Source of the DNA: Citreicoccus inhibens
GTDB lineage: Bacteria; Myxococcota; Myxococcia; Myxococcales; Myxococcaceae
Direction: 5' to 3'
NCBI RefSeq assembly: GCF_019039035.1
Contig: NZ_JAHNZT010000030.1
Coordinates: 78,099 to 110,098 of the forward strand
DNA: 32,000 nucleotides
Shown: piece by piece, positions 18,655-26,837 of the stretch
Position numbering within the stretch: position 1 is the stretch's first letter
Layout of the letters: each line of letters opens with the position of its first letter
The notes under the pieces: generated by a model
Seen by the model: the letters and a program-made list of their open reading frames with translations, nothing else
What the model was told of the DNA's origin: nothing
The model's database searches: none
Translations under genes and position numbers: made by a program

Positions 18655-20598
18655 ATGGCCCACGCGGCAGGCGAGCTCGAGGTCGTGATGGACGCCGCCG
18701 TGGATCCCCTCGTGGTGTGCGGCACGGACGAGCGCATCCTCCACGTGAACGCCGCCACGGAGCGCCTGCTCGGCTGGAGTCGCGCGCGGCTGTTGGGGCA
18801 GCCCGTGTCGCGGCTCTTCCCCGTCCGGCTGCGGACGTTCGCGGGGCACAGCCTGCCGCGCTACCTGCTGTCGCGGCGCGCCGCGCTCGGGGGCCGGCCC
18901 ATCCGGGTCTTCGCGCTGCGCGAGGACGGCGTGGAGGTGCTGGTGGAGCTGACGGTGGGCACGGCGGGCGAAGGGGAGCACGCGCGCATCGCGCTCACCT
19001 TCCGCGGCTTGCACGAGGTCATCGACACGCTGGAGGACCCGGTGGAGCAAGCAGAGCCCGGCATGTCACGGCACCTGGACGACCGGGCGAGGGACCGCCT
19101 GTACCGGCTGCTGGTGGAGAACGCGCCGCTCGGCATCTTCCACTTCGACCGCACGCCGGTGGTGACCGCGTGCAACGAGCGCTTCGTGGACATGCTCGGC
19201 TCCACGAAGCGGGTCATCGTGGGGCTCAACCTGCTCACGCTGCGCGACGACCGGTTGATGGACGCGGTGCGCGAGACGCTGAAGGGCCACGCCTCGGACT
19301 TCGAGGGGGACTACGTCGCCATGACCAGCGGCAAGGTGACGCCGGTGCGGGTCCGCTTCGCGCCCTGCTACGCGGAGGACGGCCTCACGGTGGAAGGCGG
19401 CGTGGGGCTGGTGGAAGACATCAGCGAGCACCGCCACACCGAGGCGGAGCGCGAGCGCCACCTCGCGCAGCTCGACATGCTCTTTCACAGCGCCCCCATC
19501 GGGCTGGGGTTCGTGGACACGAACCTGCGCTACGCGCGCGTCAACGACGTGCTGGCCCGCATCAACGGCGTGCCCGCCGAGGCGCACCTGGGCCGCCGTC
19601 CGCACGAGGTGCTCGGCCCCGCGGGCGTGCCCATCGAGCGGATGATCCGCCAGGTGATGGAGACCGGCGAGCCCGCGGTGAAGCACGAGGTGCGCACCGA
19701 CGTGGACCTGGGCGCGCCAGGGCCGCGTCGCTACCTGGCGGGCAGCTTCTATCCGGTGCGCGCGCCAGACGGACGCATGCTGGGCGTGGGCATCCTGGTG
19801 GAAGACATCAGCGAGCGCCGCCGCGCGGAGGAGGAGCGCAACCGCCTCTACCGCGAGGCCCAGGAGGCCATCCGCGTGCGCGACGACTTCCTGTCCATCG
19901 CGAGCCATGAGCTGAAGACGCCGCTCACCCCGCTCAGCCTCCGGCTGGAGACCCTGGAGCGGAAGCTGGAGCGAGGCGAGCCCGTGGACGCGTCCGTGCT
20001 GCACCGCGCGCGGCGACAGCTGCTGCGGCTGACGGGGCTCATCAACGACTTGTTGGACGCCTCACGCATCGAGGCGGGGCGGCTGGCCCTGCACCCGGAG
20101 CCCACGCGCTTCGACACGTTGGTGGAGAACGGCGTGCGCGCGATGGAGGCCCAGCGCGAGGACCACCTCATCACCTTCGAACATCCGCGCGAGCCCGTGC
20201 GGGTCCATGGTGACTCGTACCGCTTGGAGCAGGTGGTGACGAACCTGTTGGAGAACGCGCTGAAGTACAGCCCGGACGGCGGCACCATCCGTGTGGCGCT
20301 GACGGTGCGCGGGGACGTGGCGCTGTTGTCGGTGACGGACCCGGGCATCGGGATTCCACCGGACCAGCAGGCGCTCCTGTTCGACCGCTACTTCCGCGCG
20401 CGCAATGTCTCCGCGCGCTCGTATGGCGGCCTGGGGCTGGGGCTGTACATCAGCCGCGACATCGTCGAGCGACACGGCGGTCGCATCTGGGTGGAGAGCG
20501 AGGTGGGGCACGGCTCCACCTTCTACGTGGCGCTGCCGTTGCAGCCCGCGGCGCACGTGTCGCCGGACACTTCGCACGCGGGCCCTCCGGCGCACTGA
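18655..20598 (+). CDS. Multi-PAS sensor histidine kinase (no receiver domain, no obvious TM segment)
   Basis: Several PAS-like segments, then FLSIASHELKTPLTPLSLRLETLERK (H box), VVTNLLENALKYSPDGG (N box), VTDPGIGIPPDQQALLFDRYFR, GGLGLGLYISRDIVERHGG (G boxes). Confidence 0.93.
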   Translation: MAHAAGELEVVMDAAVDPLVVCGTDERILHVNAATERLLGWSRARLLGQPVSRLFPVRLRTFAGHSLPRYLLSRRAALGGRPIRVFALREDGVEVLVELTVGTAGEGEHARIALTFRGLHEVIDTLEDPVEQAEPGMSRHLDDRARDRLYRLLVENAPLGIFHFDRTPVVTACNERFVDMLGSTKRVIVGLNLLTLRDDRLMDAVRETLKGHASDFEGDYVAMTSGKVTPVRVRFAPCYAEDGLTVEGGVGLVEDISEHRHTEAERERHLAQLDMLFHSAPIGLGFVDTNLRYARVNDVLARINGVPAEAHLGRRPHEVLGPAGVPIERMIRQVMETGEPAVKHEVRTDVDLGAPGPRRYLAGSFYPVRAPDGRMLGVGILVEDISERRRAEEERNRLYREAQEAIRVRDDFLSIASHELKTPLTPLSLRLETLERKLERGEPVDASVLHRARRQLLRLTGLINDLLDASRIEAGRLALHPEPTRFDTLVENGVRAMEAQREDHLITFEHPREPVRVHGDSYRLEQVVTNLLENALKYSPDGGTIRVALTVRGDVALLSVTDPGIGIPPDQQALLFDRYFRARNVSARSYGGLGLGLYISRDIVERHGGRIWVESEVGHGSTFYVALPLQPAAHVSPDTSHAGPPAH

Positions 20599-20740
20599 AG
20601 CGCGCGCAGGGGGCGTTCCGAAAGAACTTCAGTCCGGGGTGTTGGGCGGTGGCCACGCCACCCGGGGGAGCGACAGGAATCACACGCCCCCGGGCGTGGC
20701 ACGCGGGCTGCTGTCGGAGTCAGGCGGGAGGATGCAAGCC

Positions 20741-20908
20741 ATGACGACGGACACGCCCGCGCTGACGCGTGACAAGGAAGGATGGATCGTCCGTGTGAAG
20801 TTGGGAGGACGGGTGCAGGAGGTTCGCTGCACCACCGAGAGCCAGGCCCGCTACGTCGCGGCGATGTTCGCCCTCCACGCGGCCCGCCCTCCCACGCTGC
20901 GCAACTGA
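20741..20908 (+). CDS. Small hypothetical protein (55 aa)
   Basis: MTTDTPALTRDKEGWIVRVKLGGRVQEVRCTTESQARYVAAMFALHAARPPTLRN; preceded by GGGAGG. Stop lies 2 nt from the convergent gene stop. Confidence 0.55.
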   Translation: MTTDTPALTRDKEGWIVRVKLGGRVQEVRCTTESQARYVAAMFALHAARPPTLRN

Positions 20909-20910
20909 CT

Positions 20911-21561
20911 TCACCACCCGTTCTTCTGGCCGTACTCCTGCGCCTCGGACGTGAACTTGTGGGTGGACGCGGACATGGTCCACACGAAGTTGGCGCGGAG
21001 CTGATCCGGATCATTGATGCCCGGCGTCGGCTTGGGAGGAATTGGCACCTCGGCCTGGACGAAGACCGCCGTGCCGCCGCCGCCGTTGCCCTGGGCGTTG
21101 GGCAGGTTGGACAGCTCGGTGCGGATGGTGGAGAGGAACGAGGTCAGCTCCGTCGCGCGCACGCCCGTGAGGTAGAAGAACGTCTGGAGACTCTGGACGT
21201 CGAAGCCGTACGCGACGAACTGGGACTTGTCGGTGGGGTGGCGGTACACGGACACGTACGCGCTGCGCACCGTCACGGGGATGAACGGCGTGCCCACGGG
21301 CCAGTTGGCGACCTTGGTCGCCGCGGCTGGCAGCGTGGGCAGGGTGGGCACGGAGGTGACGACGCACGTCGCCCCCGCGTCCACGCCGGCGTCCACGCCC
21401 GCGTCCGCCAACGGCAGGTAGATGATGGGCGGCAGCGTGGTGACGGTGGACTGCTGCGTCACCTGCGCGGGCGCCTCCCCAGGCGGGACTTCTCCGGCCT
21501 CCAGGCCACAGGCCACCCACGCCAACGCCGAGCACACTCCGAGCACGAAGGCTCGCTTCAT
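20911..21561 (-). CDS. Putative secreted lipoprotein of unknown function, third gene of the sigma/CHAT cassette
   Basis: MKRAFVLGVCSALAWVACGLEAGE signal peptide/possible lipobox; DAGVDAGVDAG linker; starts about 35 nt downstream of the CHAT gene stop on the same strand. Confidence 0.8.
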   Translation of the reverse strand: MKRAFVLGVCSALAWVACGLEAGEVPPGEAPAQVTQQSTVTTLPPIIYLPLADAGVDAGVDAGATCVVTSVPTLPTLPAAATKVANWPVGTPFIPVTVRSAYVSVYRHPTDKSQFVAYGFDVQSLQTFFYLTGVRATELTSFLSTIRTELSNLPNAQGNGGGGTAVFVQAEVPIPPKPTPGINDPDQLRANFVWTMSASTHKFTSEAQEYGQKNGW

Positions 21562-21596
21562 GGCACTTCCCCCTCTGTCTGGATGATGAGTTGTGA

Positions 21597-24500
21597 CTAC
21601 TCAAAGACAACGACGGTCTGCACCCAACTTCCCGGGTTCCTCCCGAGAAACTCCATCCGCTCGCGCTTCACGGCGACCGAGGGAGACGCTCCCTCGCGCA
21701 CGCGGCGGCGCACGGCCTCGAAGAACGCACCGGCCTCGGCGTCTGGAATGTCCGACGGCGACGCGATGACGGCGCGCGCGCCCGCCTCCAGGAACGCGAC
21801 CGGCAAGCTCCACGGCTCATGCAGATACGGCGCGGTCTCGGCGGCCCGGCACGACGCCAGGATGACCACCGGGGCGCGCGACAAGTGCTGGCGGCGCACC
21901 TCGCCCGCGGTCAGCGCGTAGCGGCCATCCGCCTGCGCGGACAGCACGATGAGCGACGCATCCGAGATGCCCAGGTTCACCAGCCCGTGCGCGTGGATGT
22001 CGATTTCATCCGCGCTCGGCATCTCGGCCAGGACGCGCTCCGGCGTCGCGGCGGCGCCCGTCAGGTCCACGCGGGGCGCGGTGGGCTCGGTGCCCGGCAG
22101 CCACGCGGACAGCCGCGGCAGCCCCAGCGCGGCGGGCGCGTTCACGTCACTGACCACCAGCCGTCTCGGCGCGCCCGAGGCCGCCACCGCGGGCTTCGAG
22201 TCCCCACGCTGATAGCTCCACGCGAAGTCGGGAGGCAGCAACCCCGCCCGCCCATGCAAGGGATAGCGGGCAAAGACAGACACGTGCTCGCAGGGGCGCA
22301 GCGCCTCCAGCACCGGCGCGGACACCAGCGAGGCGACGTCGAACGCGGGCGCGCCGCGGGTGGTGAGCGTGCCCACGGCCTCGCCCTTCGCGCCGCGCGC
22401 GGCCACCAGCATGCGCTCCTCGGCGATCTCCACGCCCAGCAGACAGCGCGTGGGCGCCGCGACGCCAGACTCACGGGCGAACCAGTCGAGCGCCCCCGCG
22501 AAGTCCCCCGCGCGACCGGCCTCCAGGATGAGCAGGGAGTAGCTCGCGGCCCGCGCCTTCTGCGCCCCCGTGTCCTCGCGCGGCAGCTTCTCCGCCGCCG
22601 CGATGAGGTCCTCCAACTGCCGCCGCCCCGCGACGCGGTCGTGCTCCAGCTCGGCGCGCGCGATGGCGTGGTCGACCATCAACAGCAGCCCGGGCCGCTT
22701 GCCGAGCCCCGGCTGCATACGAGCGGACGCCGCGAGCGCGCGCACCGCCTCCAGGTCTCCCGGCCGGGGCGCGACGCGCGACAGGTCCGCGAGGACGAGC
22801 GGGCTCAGGGCGGAGCGCGGCGACCCACACTCCGGCACCGCGCCCAGCTCGGTCCGCGCGGCGTCGAAGCGCAACTCGGAGGCGTCCAGCATCGCGAGCG
22901 TCTCGTGCAGGAAGACCTGGGCGGCGCAGACATCCGGCTGGCGCAGCGCGGACTCCCGCAGGTAGGCGCGCGTGAGCGCGAACGCGTCCCGGAAGCGGGC
23001 AATCTGCCCCAGGTGCTGGAGGAACTGCGTCTCCTGCTCGGGGTCGTTCGAGGCGCGCGCCCGCTCCAGTCCGCGCAGCGCGTGCTCGCGGGCCTCCACC
23101 AGCCGGTGCTGCGACGTGTAGAGGTACGTGAGCACCGACTCCAGCTCGCCGCAGCGCGCGTCCAGCTTGCGCAGCTCACAGGCGGGCAGGGCCTTCAGCA
23201 GCAGCGCCTCCGCGCTCGCCATCTCGCCAGCCGTCAGCCTGGCCTGCGCGCGCTGCAGCTCCGCGTTGACCTGGAACCATGGGTCGCCCACCGCGTCCGC
23301 CGCCCGAGCGTAGTCGTCCAGCGCCGCGGGCAGCCGCCCCAGCAGCGCGAGCGCGCCCAGCAGGATGTCCGAGTCCCCCGAGGCCCGCAGCGCCCGCACG
23401 AACCCATCCGCGCCCGCCATGTCGAAGGCGCCCGCCAGCACCTGGGCGAACGACGTCGCCAGCGGACCTCGCCGCGCGAAGTCCCGCTTCTGCGTCCGCT
23501 CGATGTAGCGGGCCAGCACGTCGCCGCCGTAGTGCGCGTCCAGCTCGCGCGCCTCGGGGAGCAGCGCGCGCACGCGCTCGGCGGTGGGCGCGGTCCAAGC
23601 CGCCAGATACAGGTACTTGCGCGCGAGCGCCGGGGCCTCGCGCACCAGCGTCGCCGGCAGGGGCGTGCCATCCGCCACCAGCGTCTTGTTCGCGGACCAG
23701 GCCTGGTTCCAGTGGTCCTGCCGCGCCTTCGTCTGGCGCCGCACCGCCTCGGCGCGCTCGCGCGCCTCCTGGCTCCAACCCGGCTCGTTCAGCGCGGCCA
23801 CCTGCTCGAAGCCCTCGGCCGCGAGCAGGTCCAGGCCCAGCTCGCGCAACACGAGGCTGCGGTTCCACATCGCCGCCGCGTGCCGGGGCTCCTTCGCGAG
23901 CACACGCTCCAGCAGGACGAGGGCGTCCTCCAGGTCCCCGCGTTGCAGCGCCACCACGGCCCGGTCGCTGTCCACATCCGGAGAAGCAGGCGCGCGCTTC
24001 AAGTCCTCGCGCGCCTGATCCACTTCGCCGCGAAGCAGGTGTCCCGTGCCCAGCCCGTGCAGGTCCCCCGCCGCCTCCAGCTTCGCCAGCGCCTGGAGCG
24101 GCACCAGCTCGCGCGGACGCTCGTCGCCCGAGCGCTTCACGCCGTAGGGCCGATACCCGCTCGCCCCGGACCAGCTCAGCCGAGCCTCCAACGAGCGCGT
24201 GGGCGCCAGGGCCAGCGCCTCCGGCCCCACCACCTGCTCCGAGCCATCCGTCGAGGGCGAGCGGAACAGCGCCACCGTCAGCGCGGCCGTCAACGAACCG
24301 CTCAGCGCCACCGCCGCCACCCAGCGGCGACGCCCGCTCCACGCCGGACGGAAGGCGCGCGAGGGCTTCGCCTCGCGGGGAGCGTGAGGGGCAGGCGCCG
24401 CGGGGACGTCCGCGTCGCGCGGCGGCGACACCACGCGCAGCGGACGGACCTCCTCCTCGGCGTGGATTGCCTCGCCCGCGGACTTGAGCTCGAGGATGAC

Positions 24501-24644
24501 GTCCAGCGCATCCATGCAGCGCTCGCAAGTGACCAGGTGCTCACGGAAGGACGCGGCCTCCTCCGGCGACAGCTCGTCATCCGCGAACAGGTGAACCTGG
24601 TCGTGGATGTCCAGCATGTCGAGGTCACGCTCGGAGTCGCTCAT
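21597..24644 (-). CDS. Anti-sigma zinc-finger / TM / TPR-like / C-terminal CHAT (caspase-HetF-associated TPR) protease-domain fusion
   Basis: N-terminus VHLFADDELSPEEAASFREHLVTCERCMDAL contains HxxxCxxC; TM segment RRRWVAAVALSGSLTAALTVALF; long helical TPR-like region; C-terminal EIDIHAHGLVNLG (His886, codon 21987-21989) and PVVILASCRAAETAPYLHEPWSLPVAFLEAGARAVIAS (Cys932, codon 21849-21851). Confidence 0.9.
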   Translation of the reverse strand: MSDSERDLDMLDIHDQVHLFADDELSPEEAASFREHLVTCERCMDALDVILELKSAGEAIHAEEEVRPLRVVSPPRDADVPAAPAPHAPREAKPSRAFRPAWSGRRRWVAAVALSGSLTAALTVALFRSPSTDGSEQVVGPEALALAPTRSLEARLSWSGASGYRPYGVKRSGDERPRELVPLQALAKLEAAGDLHGLGTGHLLRGEVDQAREDLKRAPASPDVDSDRAVVALQRGDLEDALVLLERVLAKEPRHAAAMWNRSLVLRELGLDLLAAEGFEQVAALNEPGWSQEARERAEAVRRQTKARQDHWNQAWSANKTLVADGTPLPATLVREAPALARKYLYLAAWTAPTAERVRALLPEARELDAHYGGDVLARYIERTQKRDFARRGPLATSFAQVLAGAFDMAGADGFVRALRASGDSDILLGALALLGRLPAALDDYARAADAVGDPWFQVNAELQRAQARLTAGEMASAEALLLKALPACELRKLDARCGELESVLTYLYTSQHRLVEAREHALRGLERARASNDPEQETQFLQHLGQIARFRDAFALTRAYLRESALRQPDVCAAQVFLHETLAMLDASELRFDAARTELGAVPECGSPRSALSPLVLADLSRVAPRPGDLEAVRALAASARMQPGLGKRPGLLLMVDHAIARAELEHDRVAGRRQLEDLIAAAEKLPREDTGAQKARAASYSLLILEAGRAGDFAGALDWFARESGVAAPTRCLLGVEIAEERMLVAARGAKGEAVGTLTTRGAPAFDVASLVSAPVLEALRPCEHVSVFARYPLHGRAGLLPPDFAWSYQRGDSKPAVAASGAPRRLVVSDVNAPAALGLPRLSAWLPGTEPTAPRVDLTGAAATPERVLAEMPSADEIDIHAHGLVNLGISDASLIVLSAQADGRYALTAGEVRRQHLSRAPVVILASCRAAETAPYLHEPWSLPVAFLEAGARAVIASPSDIPDAEAGAFFEAVRRRVREGASPSVAVKRERMEFLGRNPGSWVQTVVVFE

Positions 24645-24646
24645 GG

Positions 24647-25294
24647 CTACTCGGTCTCCGGAGGCTGGGGGGTCAACAGCGCGTGGAGCTTCTGCCGCGC
24701 CCGGGCGAGGCGCGTACCCACCGTGTTCTTGTTGAGGCCCAGGTGGTCGGCAATCTCGATGTACGAGCGCCCTTCGATTTCCTTCATCCGGAACACCGTA
24801 CGGAACTCCTCAGGAATCTGCTCCAGCGCCTCGCGAACTTCCGCGGTGCCGAACTTCGCCCACAAGGGCTCGTCCTCGGGCAGCGGCGCGGCGACCGTTT
24901 CCTGCACTTCTTCCGCGGACACCCCGGCCCGGCGCTCGCGCAGCTTCAGGCGGTGTCGATCGAAGAAGAGGTTGCGCTGGACGCGCAGCAGCCAGGCGCG
25001 CGCGTCCCCCTGCGTCTTCAGCTGCTCGCGGTGGCGCCAGGCGCGCTCGTAGGTGTCCTGGATGAGGTCGCCCACATCCGAGGCATTGCCGGCGAGCTGC
25101 ATTCCCCGCGTGCGCAAGAGCGTGTCGTGCTGGCGAATGAAGGCGTCGAACCAGCGGCGGTCCTGCACTTCCAATGAAGGGGGCTCGCTCTCCACGCGGG
25201 ACACAGGCTGGCTGGTCGGTTCGGGAGCAGTCAAGCGCCGCGAGCCCCGGACCGCCGGGAGCCGCCCCATCCACTCCAGCGCGAAAGTATCCAT
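24647..25294 (-). CDS. ECF-type RNA polymerase sigma factor
   Basis: FDAFIRQHDTLLRTRGMQLAGNASDVGDLIQDTYERAWRH (region 2) and ALEQIPEEFRTVFRMKEIEGRSYIEIADHLGLNKNTVGTRLARARQKLH (region 4). Stop is 2 nt before the anti-sigma/CHAT start. Confidence 0.93.
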   Translation of the reverse strand: MDTFALEWMGRLPAVRGSRRLTAPEPTSQPVSRVESEPPSLEVQDRRWFDAFIRQHDTLLRTRGMQLAGNASDVGDLIQDTYERAWRHREQLKTQGDARAWLLRVQRNLFFDRHRLKLRERRAGVSAEEVQETVAAPLPEDEPLWAKFGTAEVREALEQIPEEFRTVFRMKEIEGRSYIEIADHLGLNKNTVGTRLARARQKLHALLTPQPPETE

Positions 25295-25474
25295 GGCGTC
25301 CCCGTCCTCAGGCCCTTGCGGAGAGTCCACCGCACTGCTCCGCTCCGCGCAGCCGTACCCACAACCCCGACGCGTGCATGTCTTCAGTCCCTCCCTGAAC
25401 AAGCGGTCCGGAAGGGAAACGAAGCGTGTGGCCAATCTTCCCAGCGGGGATATTCGCGCCATTTCCTCCCGCGC

Positions 25475-25993
25475 TCAGGAAGGGCGACGCATTCGCGCCG
25501 CGCGCCGCGCGCAGGAGAAGCCCACCCAGCCGAGGACGGGCGCCATCAACAGCGGGGCCCGGGCGTCCACCTGACGCGCGGAGACGGTGTAGGCCACCGC
25601 GCTGCCCAGCCGCAGCGCGCGCTCCACCCTCGCGGCAGGCGCTCGACGCCCCCCGCCCCAGGGCCCGCTGAGATGGAGGCCCAGTTGGGCTCCCCACCAC
25701 ATCAAGGCCCGTGAGCGCGCCGGCCCCGCGGCCGAGCCCCACACGCGCCACGCCGACACGGCGAGCAGCGCGGACATCAGCGTCCACGCGGGCCCCGTCA
25801 CGCCGTCTCGACGCGGCGAGGTCGACCGTCCCACCCCACGCCATGAGCGCGCGGGGGACGTCGTCCAGCGTGCGCCCCAGAGCGAAGCCCCCGCGGTCAG
25901 CGCCCCCATCACCCCGAGCGCCGCGGCCGACTCCCGGTTGAGCGTGGCGTTGCGCTGAAGCCCCGCGGGCGTACCCCATGCGGTCAGGTCCAT
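25475..25993 (-). CDS. tspO: TspO/MBR family protein (divergent)
   Basis: GVTGPAWTLMSALLAVSAWRVWG, RALMWWGAQLGLHLSGPWGGGRR and LLMAPVLGWVGFSCA follow the five-TM TspO pattern. ATG at 25993. Confidence 0.7.
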   Translation of the reverse strand: MDLTAWGTPAGLQRNATLNRESAAALGVMGALTAGASLWGARWTTSPARSWRGVGRSTSPRRDGVTGPAWTLMSALLAVSAWRVWGSAAGPARSRALMWWGAQLGLHLSGPWGGGRRAPAARVERALRLGSAVAYTVSARQVDARAPLLMAPVLGWVGFSCARRAARMRRPS

Positions 25994-26109
25994 GTGTCGT
26001 CCTCCCAGCGCCCCACGGGGAAGCTGGGCGCGCGAAACTCCCCGCGCCAGCCGCGCCCGCCCGCCAGTGTTACAAGAGACCTTTCCCGTGCCACGCGGCG
26101 AGGCTGCGC

Positions 26110-26700
26110 ATGACGACTCCGGATGATGTCCTGGGCTTCTGGTTCGGCCAGCCCCCTGACCCCGCCCGAAATCCCACCTGCGCGAGGCCGCGCGCGCTGT
26201 GGTTTCAGCGGGACGCGGCCTTCGACCAGGCGTGTCAGCCATTCCTGGACGCGCACACGCACGCGGCCGCAGGAGACCTGAGGGATTGGGCGGACGAGCC
26301 ACGCAGCGCCCTCGCGCTGGTGCTGCTGTTGGACCAGCTTCCGCGCAACCTCTTCCGAGGCTCCGCGCGCGCCTTCGCTTCGGATGCGCGCGCCCGAGAG
26401 GTCGCCCGGCACGCGCTGGCCCGAGGCCTGGACACCGCGCTGCCCCCGGTGTGGCGCTGGTTCATGTACTTGCCGTTCGAGCACAGCGAGGACGCGCACG
26501 ACCAGCGGCTCTCGGTCTCCTTGTTCGAGCAACTCGCCCTGTCGCGCGGCGCGGACAGCACCTCCGCCATCGAGTCCGCGCGGCAGCACCGAGACATCAT
26601 CGAGCGCTTCGGCCGCTTCCCCCACCGCAACGCGGCGCTGGGCCGCGAGTCCACCCCGGACGAAGTGGCCTTCCTCCAGGAGCCCGGCTCGTCCTTCTGA
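26110..26700 (+). CDS. DUF924 family protein
   Basis: MTTPDDVLGFWFGQPPDP..., LALVLLLDQLPRNLFRGSARAFASDARAREVARHAL, FMYLPFEHSEDAHDQRLSVSLFEQL. Confidence 0.92.
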   Translation: MTTPDDVLGFWFGQPPDPARNPTCARPRALWFQRDAAFDQACQPFLDAHTHAAAGDLRDWADEPRSALALVLLLDQLPRNLFRGSARAFASDARAREVARHALARGLDTALPPVWRWFMYLPFEHSEDAHDQRLSVSLFEQLALSRGADSTSAIESARQHRDIIERFGRFPHRNAALGRESTPDEVAFLQEPGSSF

Positions 26701-26837
26701 GGCGGCCCGCCTGGTCGCTCGGTCGGGCTGCGTCCGGCCGTGTGGGTTCACCCCGCCGCGCGGAGACGACGCGGGGAGGACTGCCGGGCGGAACGAGCGC
26801 TGGGGTAGCGTGCGCGCACCGTGCTCGCGGAGGGGAC

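Noticed and set aside
21380-21420. Short tandem repeat encoding DAGVDAGVDAG
   Set aside because: Common low-complexity linker after lipoprotein signal peptides in myxobacteria; not treated as an independent element.
21819-25052. 1077-aa plus-strand ORF opposite the CHAT/sigma genes
   Set aside because: It overlaps the clearly recognisable CHAT and ECF genes. Composition is Arg/Ala/His/Gln-rich without domains, the usual antisense artefact in high-GC DNA.
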